This document shows, one piece after another, positions 8,492 to 17,785 of a stretch of 64,000 bases of DNA. Under the pieces are notes generated by a model. The model saw only the letters and a list, made by a program, of their open reading frames with translations, was not told where the DNA came from and did not search any database. The translations under genes and the position numbers were made by a program. The stretch is from contig CAYUKU010000007.1 of NCBI GenBank assembly GCA_964445435.1, positions 3,653 through 67,652 of the forward strand, given 5' to 3'. The stretch's first letter is position 1. Every line of letters begins with the position of its first letter. The stretch comes from an uncultured Gammaproteobacteria bacterium. GTDB lineage: Bacteria > Patescibacteriota > Microgenomatia > UBA10105 > UBA927.

Positions 8492-11400
8492 AAGTGTGTA
8501 TGATGTTCTTTATGGTTTGCCGCCCACAGAAACGCAAGCGGCAAGAGTGCAAATCCGAGAAATTCCAGAAGTTGCGGCCAGAACAGGAGATAGATCGTCT
8601 TGCCGGTTTCCTCCTGGGAAAGCGTCCAGCCGTTTGCCCAATTATTGATAAGCACATGCCGTCCGGCTGGTTTGACATAGGGGAATATGGGCGTTTTCGT
8701 AAACGCAATCCATCCGGCATCATACGACTGGGAGAGAATGAGTGTCTGGGTCGTCCCCGACGTGATTGGGGGTCCGTTTTCGTTTTGCAGCCTCACTTCA
8801 TACCACGCCGGATTGGGATGGGAGACGGACGCAGGTTTCGTGGGTTCACTCGCGGTGGGTTGCTCTGCACGCACAAATCGCACTTGGGCGAGGAAATCAT
8901 ATGGAATCGGGTACACGCGGACACGTTTTAGATCGTTGACTGCCGGGTTTCTGCCGATACTTATATTGTCGAAGTTTACCGAATATCCGAGTCCGTATGC
9001 ATCCATCGGCGGGATGATAAACCACGATGTCGTAAACGATTCCTTTTGTGCGGGCAAAAGCGTTTCCATAAAGGTTCGTCTCGTTTCCCGATTTGTGACG
9101 GAGAACGACAGCGATCTGCCGCGAACCGTACGATGTTCCACGCCGACCATGTACCCGTACCGCTGCGGCAAAAGCGGAAGATCGATGGACAGACAGTTGC
9201 TTGATCCGAGGCTTCTGAGGCGCAGATACTTTCCATTGGCGTCCTGTTTCATTTCATGTTGATAGAGACCGGTATTGAACCCGTCACAACTGCGCGGTGT
9301 TTGGGCGAGTCCGTTGGTAGGAAGTGAATCATAGCTCCATGCACCGCTGGTCTTCGGGATTGTGACGACGAGCGACGTATCGTTTGTCGATACGTTTGGA
9401 ACAGGTGCTACCTTCGGGAGACCCGTTATCGCATCCAGTTGGGCGAATGTTTGAACCGAGACTGACGGATACGAGAGCCCATACAGCTCGGGTGATGGCG
9501 GAAGAGGGCCGGAAAGAAGGATGCTGGTGTTGTTTTCAGAAACGCTGAACCCAATTTCCTTCTGAGTCCTTCCAGTAAACAACGATCGGAAAGGATACCA
9601 TACTGACGTTGGGGTTGTACTGTCGAACATGTACACACCGTAATGAGCAAATGCCATGTCCGTATCATTCCATGGGAGCGCAGGACCGACATTCGAAAGC
9701 GTTTTGGTTTGAGAAACGAATGATGATCCCGGATTGTTTGATGGGAAATAATACAGCGTGATCTTTCCTGACTGGAATGCTTTGACCGCCTGGGGGATGA
9801 GGGTGAGCATCATGCGGATATCCTCTGTGTACTGTGCCCGATCATAGCTGGCGTTGATGATATGTTCATCAAAAAGCACCCAGGAAACATTATGCTCCTG
9901 CAATACGGCCAAGAGTCGGGCGGGATTTTTGGTGTAAATAGCCTGCGAGAGCTGCCAGTAAAAGTTCTCATTAGTACGGCTCCATGGATCAAACGCCCGG
10001 TCGATAGTGGGCTGTTGGATGCCAAACCATTGAAACCCGCTTCCGATCACCCCCCAGTTGTACTGCGTCCAGGCCCAGAACCAGGGAGCCGGTAAGACGG
10101 CGATACGTTCAGACGGGCTTTTCGTATCGAGAAATGCGAAGGTGTCGAAGTATTCTTTGGGGATGGCAACGCGCAGGTTTTTGAAAAAGAAGTTTCCTTG
10201 AAATGACGGGAGCGTAGAGAATCCCAGAAGAACGACGAAACAAATCGTGAGTATAGAAATGTCTCTCTTTGACCCATGACTGGTTTTCAGAAGTTCGTGA
10301 ATGGCGACTGCGATAAGGATGCTGTACGTCAGTGCATAGAGGGTGAAGAACTTGGTAAATACGAAACGAAACACGTTATGGAAAAGCGGAATCGTGCTTC
10401 TGAGCCACTCGGAAAACGCCGAGAGGACGGGCACATCGTTGCCGATGATGAGAAACGAGAAAACAAAAAGAATAAGATACGGGTACCACTCCTTGCGCTG
10501 GTCACGAATGACCAGAAATGCTCCGATGATAGCAAGGCTGAAGAATATCCCGGCGGCGATAGCAGCAAACGGCCTATCGATGTGGTTTTTCCAGGGCGCG
10601 AACATGAAGCTTTGCTGTCCCGTCGTATGGTCATACTGGACGTAGTCCAGGCTGAAACTCCGCATAAGCGCGGTTGCCGGCAGGTCGCCGTAGCGCTGGT
10701 TTTTGGCGAATATATCGTCTGTGGCCATCTGGTTGTTTTTGGAGTTGGCGATGTCCTTTGCATGGAAGAGGGTATTGTGGGCAAACGGCAAGCCCCAGAA
10801 TGCGTTGGTGAGAAATGTGATGAGAAGAACTGCGATTGCCCGCTTCCAGGTGATCCATGAATGGTGGGTAACAACGTGGATAAGAAGCGTAGCGGCAAGG
10901 ACCATGAGGTAAACGAGAAACACCGTAGGCACATGCGCCTGCGGCGTTGAGAGAAGTGAGAGAACGACGAGCCACATCGCGTAGCGTTTCCCTCCGTGGA
11001 GAAGATACGAAACGATAGCCCACAAAAGCCACGGGAGCGCCGCGAAATGCACCATGAACACCTCAAACGGAAGATAGAACATCTGAACGGTAGCGAAATT
11101 ATATTGATAAAATAGCGCCGCAACGAAGGCTACGAGCGTATGGATGATGCTTCTTGTGTTGCGGACAAGTGTGGCATAGACGAGAACATACATCCCGATC
11201 CCGCCCAGAAGATGGGTAAGGAAGACAAACGCATACCTCAGGAGATTCTGCGGCAAGCCAAACGACAGAAGCCACAAGAGAAGATAATATGGAAGCTCAG
11301 AAGCGTGGGACAGGCCGTCCTCAAGGCCTAAACCTCGGTATTCCTGCCAGACGCCGAATATTGCGCGCTTGAAGTTTAGGCCGAAATTAAGCTCCGGATA

Positions 11401-11523
11401 CATGTTGTCCCACCCGACCACATATGTTCCCGGAGTGTAATTGGTTACGAAGAGGGCGACTTCAAGAGCGAGAAGAACGAAGATAGGCCAATGATGGAGG
11501 ATTTTTGCAAACAAACGTCTCAT
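8488..11523 (-). CDS. large polytopic membrane protein, putative GT-C superfamily glycosyltransferase (YfhO/AftD-like)
   Basis: 1011 aa. About 12 or more N-terminal TM helices are followed by a large soluble C-terminal domain. It lies immediately downstream of a GtrB/CsbB-like GT2 gene. Confidence 0.45.
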   Translation of the reverse strand: MRRLFAKILHHWPIFVLLALEVALFVTNYTPGTYVVGWDNMYPELNFGLNFKRAIFGVWQEYRGLGLEDGLSHASELPYYLLLWLLSFGLPQNLLRYAFVFLTHLLGGIGMYVLVYATLVRNTRSIIHTLVAFVAALFYQYNFATVQMFYLPFEVFMVHFAALPWLLWAIVSYLLHGGKRYAMWLVVLSLLSTPQAHVPTVFLVYLMVLAATLLIHVVTHHSWITWKRAIAVLLITFLTNAFWGLPFAHNTLFHAKDIANSKNNQMATDDIFAKNQRYGDLPATALMRSFSLDYVQYDHTTGQQSFMFAPWKNHIDRPFAAIAAGIFFSLAIIGAFLVIRDQRKEWYPYLILFVFSFLIIGNDVPVLSAFSEWLRSTIPLFHNVFRFVFTKFFTLYALTYSILIAVAIHELLKTSHGSKRDISILTICFVVLLGFSTLPSFQGNFFFKNLRVAIPKEYFDTFAFLDTKSPSERIAVLPAPWFWAWTQYNWGVIGSGFQWFGIQQPTIDRAFDPWSRTNENFYWQLSQAIYTKNPARLLAVLQEHNVSWVLFDEHIINASYDRAQYTEDIRMMLTLIPQAVKAFQSGKITLYYFPSNNPGSSFVSQTKTLSNVGPALPWNDTDMAFAHYGVYMFDSTTPTSVWYPFRSLFTGRTQKEIGFSVSENNTSILLSGPLPPSPELYGLSYPSVSVQTFAQLDAITGLPKVAPVPNVSTNDTSLVVTIPKTSGAWSYDSLPTNGLAQTPRSCDGFNTGLYQHEMKQDANGKYLRLRSLGSSNCLSIDLPLLPQRYGYMVGVEHRTVRGRSLSFSVTNRETRRTFMETLLPAQKESFTTSWFIIPPMDAYGLGYSVNFDNISIGRNPAVNDLKRVRVYPIPYDFLAQVRFVRAEQPTASEPTKPASVSHPNPAWYEVRLQNENGPPITSGTTQTLILSQSYDAGWIAFTKTPIFPYVKPAGRHVLINNWANGWTLSQEETGKTIYLLFWPQLLEFLGFALLPLAFLWAANHKEHHTHL

Positions 11524-11538
11524 ACGTACCCGGGTGGG

Positions 11539-12468
11539 TTACGTATAAGTATAGTATTTTTTGGCCAAAGCCGCGATCCGGGTTGAGACAGCGGATTTCT
11601 TCATCCACTTGGCAATCACCCGCTGGGGCTTATGCGTCATCCCGCGGAAAAACATATAGGTCGGCACGACGAGCTGTGACGGAATAAGAGAAACGACGAT
11701 ATATTGAAGAAGCATAAGCACCATAGCCATGGGTGACAGTTGATACCCAAGCTGCCTTACGGCCTCCAGACGGATATTGACCGAATTCTGAAATTTCTCC
11801 TTCGGATTGATAAGCGACAGGTTATTGCCGTGAATACGATATTTGAGCAGGTATTCAGGCAAATTGGCAAACTGGCCATGACTCAAAAGCTTGAAGAACG
11901 TATAGTAGTCATCGTTGACATCCCACTTCATCGCATAGATACGGTCCGGATTCGGAAGCAGACTTCGGCGGATCATGACGGACGGATGGATGATAGGGTG
12001 GAGCACCCCGAATTGCTTGTAGATAGCTTCATGGGTTGTAGGTATGTTTTTGACCCCGATCGTGCGGCCGTTTTTGTCGATGACCGTGGCTTGGGTGCCT
12101 ACGAGAATCGTGCCGGGATTAGCAAGCATATACGCCACTTGTTTCTCGATGCGGGTAGGATAGCTGATATCATCAGAATCCATGCGTGCGGCGAATTCCC
12201 CGCGGGCTTTGGTGAGGCCGAAGTTCGTCGCGCCGTTGCCGGCAGAGTTGGTCTGCTTGGCGATGTGGTACGCGCGGATGAGCTTGGGGTAGCGCTTTTT
12301 ATACGCTTGTATCGTTTTCCACGAGTCATCGGTGGACGCGTCGTCCACGATGATAAGCTCAATCCGTTTATAGGTCTGCGCCACGATGCTGTCGATAGCA
12401 GGTCCCAGAAACTTCCCCGCGTTATACACAGGCATGATGACTGAGACCAATGGTTGTTTGTTTCTCAT
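11539..12468 (-). CDS. family 2 glycosyltransferase, polyprenyl-phosphate sugar synthase-like (GtrB/CsbB-like)
   Basis: 'VSVIMPVYNAGKFLGPAIDSIVAQTYKRIELIIVDDASTDDS' plus 'RMDSDDIS' give the GT2 DxD architecture, and there is a C-terminal TM helix. The start was chosen at the internal Met (MRNKQPLVSVIMP); the ORF track extends it to 12660. Confidence 0.75.
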   Translation of the reverse strand: MRNKQPLVSVIMPVYNAGKFLGPAIDSIVAQTYKRIELIIVDDASTDDSWKTIQAYKKRYPKLIRAYHIAKQTNSAGNGATNFGLTKARGEFAARMDSDDISYPTRIEKQVAYMLANPGTILVGTQATVIDKNGRTIGVKNIPTTHEAIYKQFGVLHPIIHPSVMIRRSLLPNPDRIYAMKWDVNDDYYTFFKLLSHGQFANLPEYLLKYRIHGNNLSLINPKEKFQNSVNIRLEAVRQLGYQLSPMAMVLMLLQYIVVSLIPSQLVVPTYMFFRGMTHKPQRVIAKWMKKSAVSTRIAALAKKYYTYT

Positions 12469-12741
12469 ATGCGTTGTCAACACACAAATTTCTTTGTGTG
12501 TCGGCTTCAGCCAGCAATCGATTGTCATAACAAACTCCTGCCGTAGTTTGTTAGACGGTTGCTGGCTAGAGCTAGCACAGTTCAACGAACACAATCTTTT
12601 CTCCTTACGGATGAAGATTTGACCTTGGGAGGTCGTGTGTCGTCGAGCTGTGCATCGCACATTCGAGTCGTAGGAGTCCCCGTTTGAGGAGGACTCCTAC
12701 TCGGTTTGTTGGGGCGGGTGGCCATGGCGGGCCTCCGCTTC

Positions 12742-14358
12742 TTACTTGGGTTGCCAAGAAACTCCAGCGCTCAGGCGGTCCTCACCGTGATAGGTGTAGG
12801 TACCAGCTTCGACGTCGAAGTATTGGCACGAGCCGTCCGGGCTTTCGAGGTGGGCATCGCCATCCACATAGCCGTTGCAAAGCAGGATGCGACCCGCTTT
12901 CTTCGTGGTGAAGACGATGTTCTTCAGCGTGCCGAAGTCCTGCATCATGCTGACCATTGCGGGGGTCATCATGATTTCCACATCGTCAGGACCCACCCAG
13001 GTCGCCGTGTCGCCGGAGATTTCCCAGTATTTCGTGTATTGCACGATCTGAGACTCCGTCATGCCAGCCCAGCCGCTTGCCGAGAAGCGAACGCCGAATC
13101 CCGCAATCGGGCTATTGGCGTTGTCTTCGATGACGTGCCAGCCAGCCGAGAGAGCGACGCGTTTGCCGCATTCGCCTTCATCCACGCCGAGGATGTCGGT
13201 CAGGGGCTTGCCGTCCAACGTGCCGATGGCGCACATTTCGAGCTGCGCCTCTTTGCGCGTGTAGAAGATGACCTTCGTCACCTTCCCGGTCCGCATCAGT
13301 TCGAGGGGTCCCATCGAGCCGTCGCCGAAATCGGCATCGGACTCAGTGATATCCTCTTCACCGTTGTTTGGACCGTACCAGCGCATGACGCCGCGACTCT
13401 TGACCTTGGACGTATCCCAGCACAGCCCAGCGCAGTTGTCCGGGTAGCCCTCTTCGCCTTGGTGGGCGGAGTACATCTCGGGCTGGTTCGGGAGGTTTTC
13501 ACCCCAGACTTCTTCAGCCAGGGCTTGACCATCACCAGCCGGCGCGTTGCCGGTGTCATTGGCGTTGTCGTTCGTATTGCCGGACGAACCATCAATCGGT
13601 CCTTGCGGGGCGCCTTCGTTATCGTTGGCATCGTTGTCGTTCGCGTTGGCGTTGTCATCCACCAGTTCGCAGGCGTCTTCGCCGTCTACCTCGCGGTATC
13701 CAGCATCTTCGTCACAGCCAGCGAACGTGACGTCTTTCTTGGCGTCGAATTCGCGGTTGGCGGGGCACTTCACATTCCAGACCGTGCCGTCTTTCAGCGT
13801 AACCAACTGCGACCCGCCGGGTTCGAGGGTGAACTCAAAACCTTTCTTGGCGAGTGCATCGGTTTGCATGCATCCAGCCGTTTCAGGGCCGGGTTCGGGC
13901 GCGGGCCGGTGAAGCCAGCCGTTAATCCCGAGGGTCAGGGCGATGCAGGCGAAAATTGCCAGCGGTACCCAGAGCCATGGGGACTTCCAGAACGGTTTGC
14001 GCGCAGGCGCAGGGTGCGAAGCGGGTGTCGGTGTGGGGGTCGGTGTTGAGGTCGGAGTGGGCGCCGGGGTCGGAGTGGGCAGGGGCGGAGTCACCGCGTT
14101 GACCACGAAAGTCTCCACGTTGCTCGCATTGCCGCCTGACGCATTCGTCACCTTGATTCCAACTCGACCAGCCCTCAGATTGCCGCGCATGGGGACAGTC
14201 AACTGCGTGTTGCTCACGAAGATGACGCCCGTCAGTTCGCGCGTGCCCATGAAGACTTTGTCGGTCCGGGCGAAGCCCGTACCGTTGATTTCCAGCGTGA
14301 AAGCTGGACCGCCAGCGTCTACCGCGGGCGGATTTAGGGAAGTGATTTGCTTAGCCAT
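12742..14358 (-). CDS. single-pass membrane protein with N-terminal IPT/TIG domain, Pro/Thr linker, and C-terminal ~380-aa domain containing an Asn/Asp-rich low-complexity tract
   Basis: The N-terminus has an IPT/TIG-like pattern (ITSLNPP...GGPAFTLEINGTGF...VIFVS..QLTV). A PTPTPAPTPTSTPTPTPTP linker follows, then TM helix WLWVPLAIFACIALTLGI, then DDNANANDNDANDNE. Confidence 0.5.
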   Translation of the reverse strand: MAKQITSLNPPAVDAGGPAFTLEINGTGFARTDKVFMGTRELTGVIFVSNTQLTVPMRGNLRAGRVGIKVTNASGGNASNVETFVVNAVTPPLPTPTPAPTPTSTPTPTPTPASHPAPARKPFWKSPWLWVPLAIFACIALTLGINGWLHRPAPEPGPETAGCMQTDALAKKGFEFTLEPGGSQLVTLKDGTVWNVKCPANREFDAKKDVTFAGCDEDAGYREVDGEDACELVDDNANANDNDANDNEGAPQGPIDGSSGNTNDNANDTGNAPAGDGQALAEEVWGENLPNQPEMYSAHQGEEGYPDNCAGLCWDTSKVKSRGVMRWYGPNNGEEDITESDADFGDGSMGPLELMRTGKVTKVIFYTRKEAQLEMCAIGTLDGKPLTDILGVDEGECGKRVALSAGWHVIEDNANSPIAGFGVRFSASGWAGMTESQIVQYTKYWEISGDTATWVGPDDVEIMMTPAMVSMMQDFGTLKNIVFTTKKAGRILLCNGYVDGDAHLESPDGSCQYFDVEAGTYTYHGEDRLSAGVSWQPK

Positions 14359-14790
14359 GATCTTTTCCTTTCATTGGCTTCGTACAAGATGGTCCTCAGC
14401 TTCTACTTACTTTGGGAGCTCATTCGTTATCACCGCAGTGACACGTGATGCGTACAGCTCGTTCAGTATTAGCTTTGGATAGGTTTGGGGTTTCGACTTT
14501 GATCATCCTCCACCGTTGGAGGGGTTTCCGCTGCGGTCCGTAGGACACGCCACTGGCGATCAAATACCAGGAATTTTCCGAGGAAAGACGTGCCCAGGAT
14601 TCTATGGTTGGCGATCAACCACACAATCCCGGGACGGTTCCCCGAAATATCCTTCCCAAATTTCCTCAAATCACGTTCCCGTATCGTTCCAACATCAAAC
14701 CACACTACCTCAAGTAAAATATCCAACAAACTCAATTTTTGAATGTGCCTGGGGAAAAGATGGTGGTAAGCGGTCTGTCGAAATATATTC

Positions 14791-14819
14791 AGCTTCGCAA
14801 GGCCTGGCCTTGCGAAGCT
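14791..14819. repeat. palB 29-nt perfect palindrome (AGCTTCGCAAGGCC-T-GGCCTTGCGAAGCT)
   Basis: Read directly. Four copies are present in the window. Confidence 0.85.
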
Positions 14820-14954
14820 AACTTTTCAACATGAGGCTCGCCGTATCCAATCCCCGTATTCGACGTTGCGCGAGGTTGGGGCGCAATGCCCCTCCCGCGT
14901 AACGGGCGAATAGGTTCCGGTTTTCACCGGAAGCATCCAGACGCGCTAGATAAT

Positions 14955-14973
14955 TTCAAAGCTTAGCTTTGAA
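14955..14973. repeat. REP-A palindromic repeat copy (inverted orientation, with CGCTAGATAA arm)
   Basis: Read directly. Confidence 0.8.
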
Positions 14974-15032
14974 ATGACGCATCGGGATATTTCCATTGAC
15001 AACCGTTATTTCACGCCGTAGAGTGGGGAAGT

Positions 15033-15272
15033 ATGTTGACGAAAAAAGACCTTCAAAGTATCGGCGAGCTTATTGATACAAAGCTTGACGAGAAACTCGA
15101 ATCTAAACTCGAACAAAAGCTCAAGCCTATTCGTAAGAGCCTCAAAGGCTTGGATAGTATAGAGAAAAAGCTCGATACTACGATCAGATTTTTCGACAAT
15201 ACCGCTATAAATCACGAAAAACGGATCAACCGCGTCGAAAAGCATCTTAATCTTCCCGCTTTGGCTGACTGA
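15033..15272 (+). CDS. small charged coiled-coil-like protein (79 aa)
   Basis: The periodic pattern KLDEKLESKLEQKLK is present. It is followed by a strong intrinsic terminator. Confidence 0.4.
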   Translation: MLTKKDLQSIGELIDTKLDEKLESKLEQKLKPIRKSLKGLDSIEKKLDTTIRFFDNTAINHEKRINRVEKHLNLPALAD

Positions 15273-15292
15273 CTATTTGTCTGTTAAAGAGC

Positions 15293-15320
15293 AAAAAACC
15301 GGCATCTCTGCCGGTTTTTT
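15293..15320. terminator. bidirectional Rho-independent terminator (AAAAAACCGGCATCTCTGCCGGTTTTTT)
   Basis: A GC stem is flanked by an A-tract on one side and a T-tract on the other. It sits between convergent genes. Confidence 0.75.
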
Positions 15321-15382
15321 GAATTTATACTATTGGTTTTGTATTATTCCCCGGCAGAGGAGTCAGCATATGTCTATGCTGC

Positions 15383-16060
15383 TTAGCTTTTCTTTTTGCC
15401 TTTCAAAAGAGCTACTCCGCCAAGTCCCACTCCCGCAAACGGGAGGATGAGTGCAACGTCGTTGAAGCCGGCAACCGGCAGATTGCGTACGACCTCACCG
15501 TTTTGCAGACAAATTTGGGCACTGTCAGAATCGAACCGGTCTTCAGCACGCACTTCCGCGACGTTCGTCACACAAAACAGGCTCTTTCCAGTCGGGAATT
15601 TCGTGACGTCCACGATCTTGGCCTGGATTTCGATTGTGCGGGTTTCCCCGGCGGTCATGTTCTCCAGCTCAAAGGCGAGCGTTCGGGTGGCCGCATCATA
15701 CGTGCCAGGGCCAGCCACAAATTCCAGGTAGGGAGGAAGCGTATCCTTCACCTTCACCGGGTTAAACGTCTTATTGGACGCGTTCGTGATAATGAGCCGG
15801 TAGAGGACGTCGGCACCAGGGGCAAACGTCGGATCCGTGGTCGTCAAATTTTCGACGAACGTGACAGTCTGGGTGCCGCCCTTGGTTTCGACTACGGGCT
15901 TAGCAACCTGCTTATTAATAGTAAGATCAGTGGGAACACACGTGGTCGTTCCGCCGTATTGCGTCGTACATGTATCAGCAGAAACAGACGGCGCAAACGT
16001 CGCCATCGCGGCGAGAACAAATGAAGTAACGAGAGCTTTATGGTTTGTTTTCATAAACAT
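15383..16060 (-). CDS. secreted DUF11 (conserved repeat domain) surface protein with C-terminal sortase-type sorting signal (LPVAG + hydrophobic + KGKKKS)
   Basis: The signal peptide is MFMKTNHKALVTSFVLAAMATFAPSVSA. The DUF11-like core is 'GADVLYRLIITNASN...DTLPPYLEFVAG...AGETRTIEIQAKI'. The C-terminus is 'NLPVAGFNDVALILPFAGVGLGGVALLKGKKKS'. Confidence 0.65.
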   Translation of the reverse strand: MFMKTNHKALVTSFVLAAMATFAPSVSADTCTTQYGGTTTCVPTDLTINKQVAKPVVETKGGTQTVTFVENLTTTDPTFAPGADVLYRLIITNASNKTFNPVKVKDTLPPYLEFVAGPGTYDAATRTLAFELENMTAGETRTIEIQAKIVDVTKFPTGKSLFCVTNVAEVRAEDRFDSDSAQICLQNGEVVRNLPVAGFNDVALILPFAGVGLGGVALLKGKKKS

Positions 16061-16123
16061 CCTTTCGTTCTAGTTTGATACTGTATCATACATTAAACCC
16101 TTTGTCAAGTATTATGGGATATA

Positions 16124-16924
16124 TTAGATTTTCTGTCCCGTCTCTTCGATCAAATTTGAAAAAATGAGGAGTCGTTCGGTTGTGCTGCCGGGAGGCCAAC
16201 AGGTTTGGAGGATGAGCTGGCGGCTCCCCACGATCGGATAGAGATAGGTCGTCGATTGGGGAGACACCACCTTCTTCTCCGTGATTTTGTAGGTGTAGCG
16301 CTTGCCTTTGTACATGACGACGACCACGTCGTCGGTATCCAGGTTTTTAAGAAGGTAGAAGACCGCATTGAGGTCTTTGACGAACCAGTCGTAATTAGTT
16401 GAGTGGGAGAACAGATATACCGTCCCGTCTTCGTCAGGGAAGAAGGAGGTGGACGCGTGGGCAATGCCGGTTTCGAGAACCGCCTTGTATTCATCAGGAT
16501 TGGCCGGGTCTACGTTGGCGATGACTGGAGCGTTGATACCGACCTTCGGCACGATGAGGGCAAACTCCTCGTTCACCGGGTCGATGGTAGCCCCGTCGGG
16601 CGTGGCCAGAGGCTCGAAGACGACCGGCACTGAGGCAGGCAGGGCAGGCTCAGCTTTCTGCGTTTCCTGTTTGACGAGCGCATGTGCCTGATGAGTATAG
16701 AATCCAGCCTCAAGTCGAAGCGCAGGGAGCATGGGTCCGAGCATACCTCCGAGGCCAAGAGCCAGGAATGCCATGCCGGCAAGCTGCCGCAGGCTGACTG
16801 CGTAGGATGAATTGAGAGCCCGGGTAATCGGGTTTACGCGGCGGGCCTCCACGCGATAGTGGCCGTGGTCAGTACAGCCTGGGTGGTCCGTGCAGTATTG
16901 GTAAATGATGCCCCATTCGTTCAT
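16124..16924 (-). CDS. sortase family transpeptidase
   Basis: An N-terminal TM helix is present. The conserved His is in 'VYLFSHST', the catalytic Cys in 'LILQTCWPPGST' (TLxTC-type) and the Arg in 'TERLLIF'. It is adjacent to, and co-oriented with, the substrate gene. The true start may be an internal Met. Confidence 0.7.
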   Translation of the reverse strand: MNEWGIIYQYCTDHPGCTDHGHYRVEARRVNPITRALNSSYAVSLRQLAGMAFLALGLGGMLGPMLPALRLEAGFYTHQAHALVKQETQKAEPALPASVPVVFEPLATPDGATIDPVNEEFALIVPKVGINAPVIANVDPANPDEYKAVLETGIAHASTSFFPDEDGTVYLFSHSTNYDWFVKDLNAVFYLLKNLDTDDVVVVMYKGKRYTYKITEKKVVSPQSTTYLYPIVGSRQLILQTCWPPGSTTERLLIFSNLIEETGQKI

Positions 16925-17200
16925 ACCGGTTGCGAAATTTCACTCCTTTTTGTTAGGTAATTCGCTTCAAACTATTCGGATAGCCTCGTCACGCGCAGGC
17001 AAAGAGAAAAAGCATGTCGAAATTCTCCTACCCGGCATAGTCGCGGGAGTATACACTATAGGACTATATTTGTCAAGGGAGGGGATGCGGGGCTCCAGGG
17101 AGAAGTGAGATGGTTGACATGGGTCAATTGTTCTAACTTCACCCCGGAGCGGGTGCACCGGTAGTGAATGCAACGATGTGCTGGGTTTTCATGGTTTTCC

Positions 17201-17548
17201 TCAAAAGATCGAAACCCAGACGTCCGGACCGGCTAGGGCGACAATGATCAGTTCAAGCGCTATGATGAACAAAAGAAAAAGCTCGAACCTGAGAGACCTC
17301 AAATCTTTGTGGTCTGGGAATTTTAACCCTGTATACCACTTTATCGCCTCGCCGAGAAGAAAAATTACCACAGCGACGCCAACACTGAGAAGGCCAATGT
17401 AGCCGCTTATGGTAAGGCACCCCCCGACGATGATCAGGATCACCAAAAAAAATGTATTGACCGTTTTTTGGCGACCGATGATCTTCGTTTGCGTCGTGAT
17501 CGCGTCGATCACTTTGCGGGGTATATCGAGCGTGTCATTTATGTCCAT
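17201..17548 (-). CDS. small membrane protein (115 aa)
   Basis: Two or three hydrophobic helices. Confidence 0.3.
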   Translation of the reverse strand: MDINDTLDIPRKVIDAITTQTKIIGRQKTVNTFFLVILIIVGGCLTISGYIGLLSVGVAVVIFLLGEAIKWYTGLKFPDHKDLRSLRFELFLLFIIALELIIVALAGPDVWVSIF

Positions 17549-17785
17549 CGCTCTGTTGCTCCTTTCTCTTTTCGGATTCTGAAAGACAACGACAAAAAAA
17601 TGAGGGCATCATTTCTTCATCGTTGCCTTTCAACAGAGTGCATTCACGTGGTAAGGTGCGAATATCAGTTCTGGCGCGCGTTGGCGAGCTAATTCGCAAA
17701 GTGCGCAATAACTGTACGCAGTGTACCATCGCATTATAGGATGCGTCAATCCGTGTTTTTTGAATTTGTATGATTACTTTATGGT

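Noticed and set aside
8488-11523. Oligosaccharyltransferase (PglB/AglB-like) assignment for the 1011-aa membrane protein
   Set aside because: No WWDYG-type motif was found. 'WFWAW' is only superficially similar, so the call is kept at generic GT-C-like.
12706-14049. 447-aa plus-strand ORF antisense to the IPT/TIG protein gene
   Set aside because: It is Gly/Arg/Ala/Val-rich low-complexity sequence typical of an antisense frame in GC-rich coding DNA. The minus-strand ORF has recognisable domains (IPT/TIG, TM, PT linker).
14495-14660. Possible RNase P RNA / tmRNA in the long intergenic region
   Set aside because: 'GAGGAAAGACGUGCCC' and 'ACAAUCCCGGGACGG' only loosely resemble the P4 strands of RNase P, and I could not build the pairing. 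No tRNA-like 3' end for tmRNA is present. It is kept only as an unclassified structured region.
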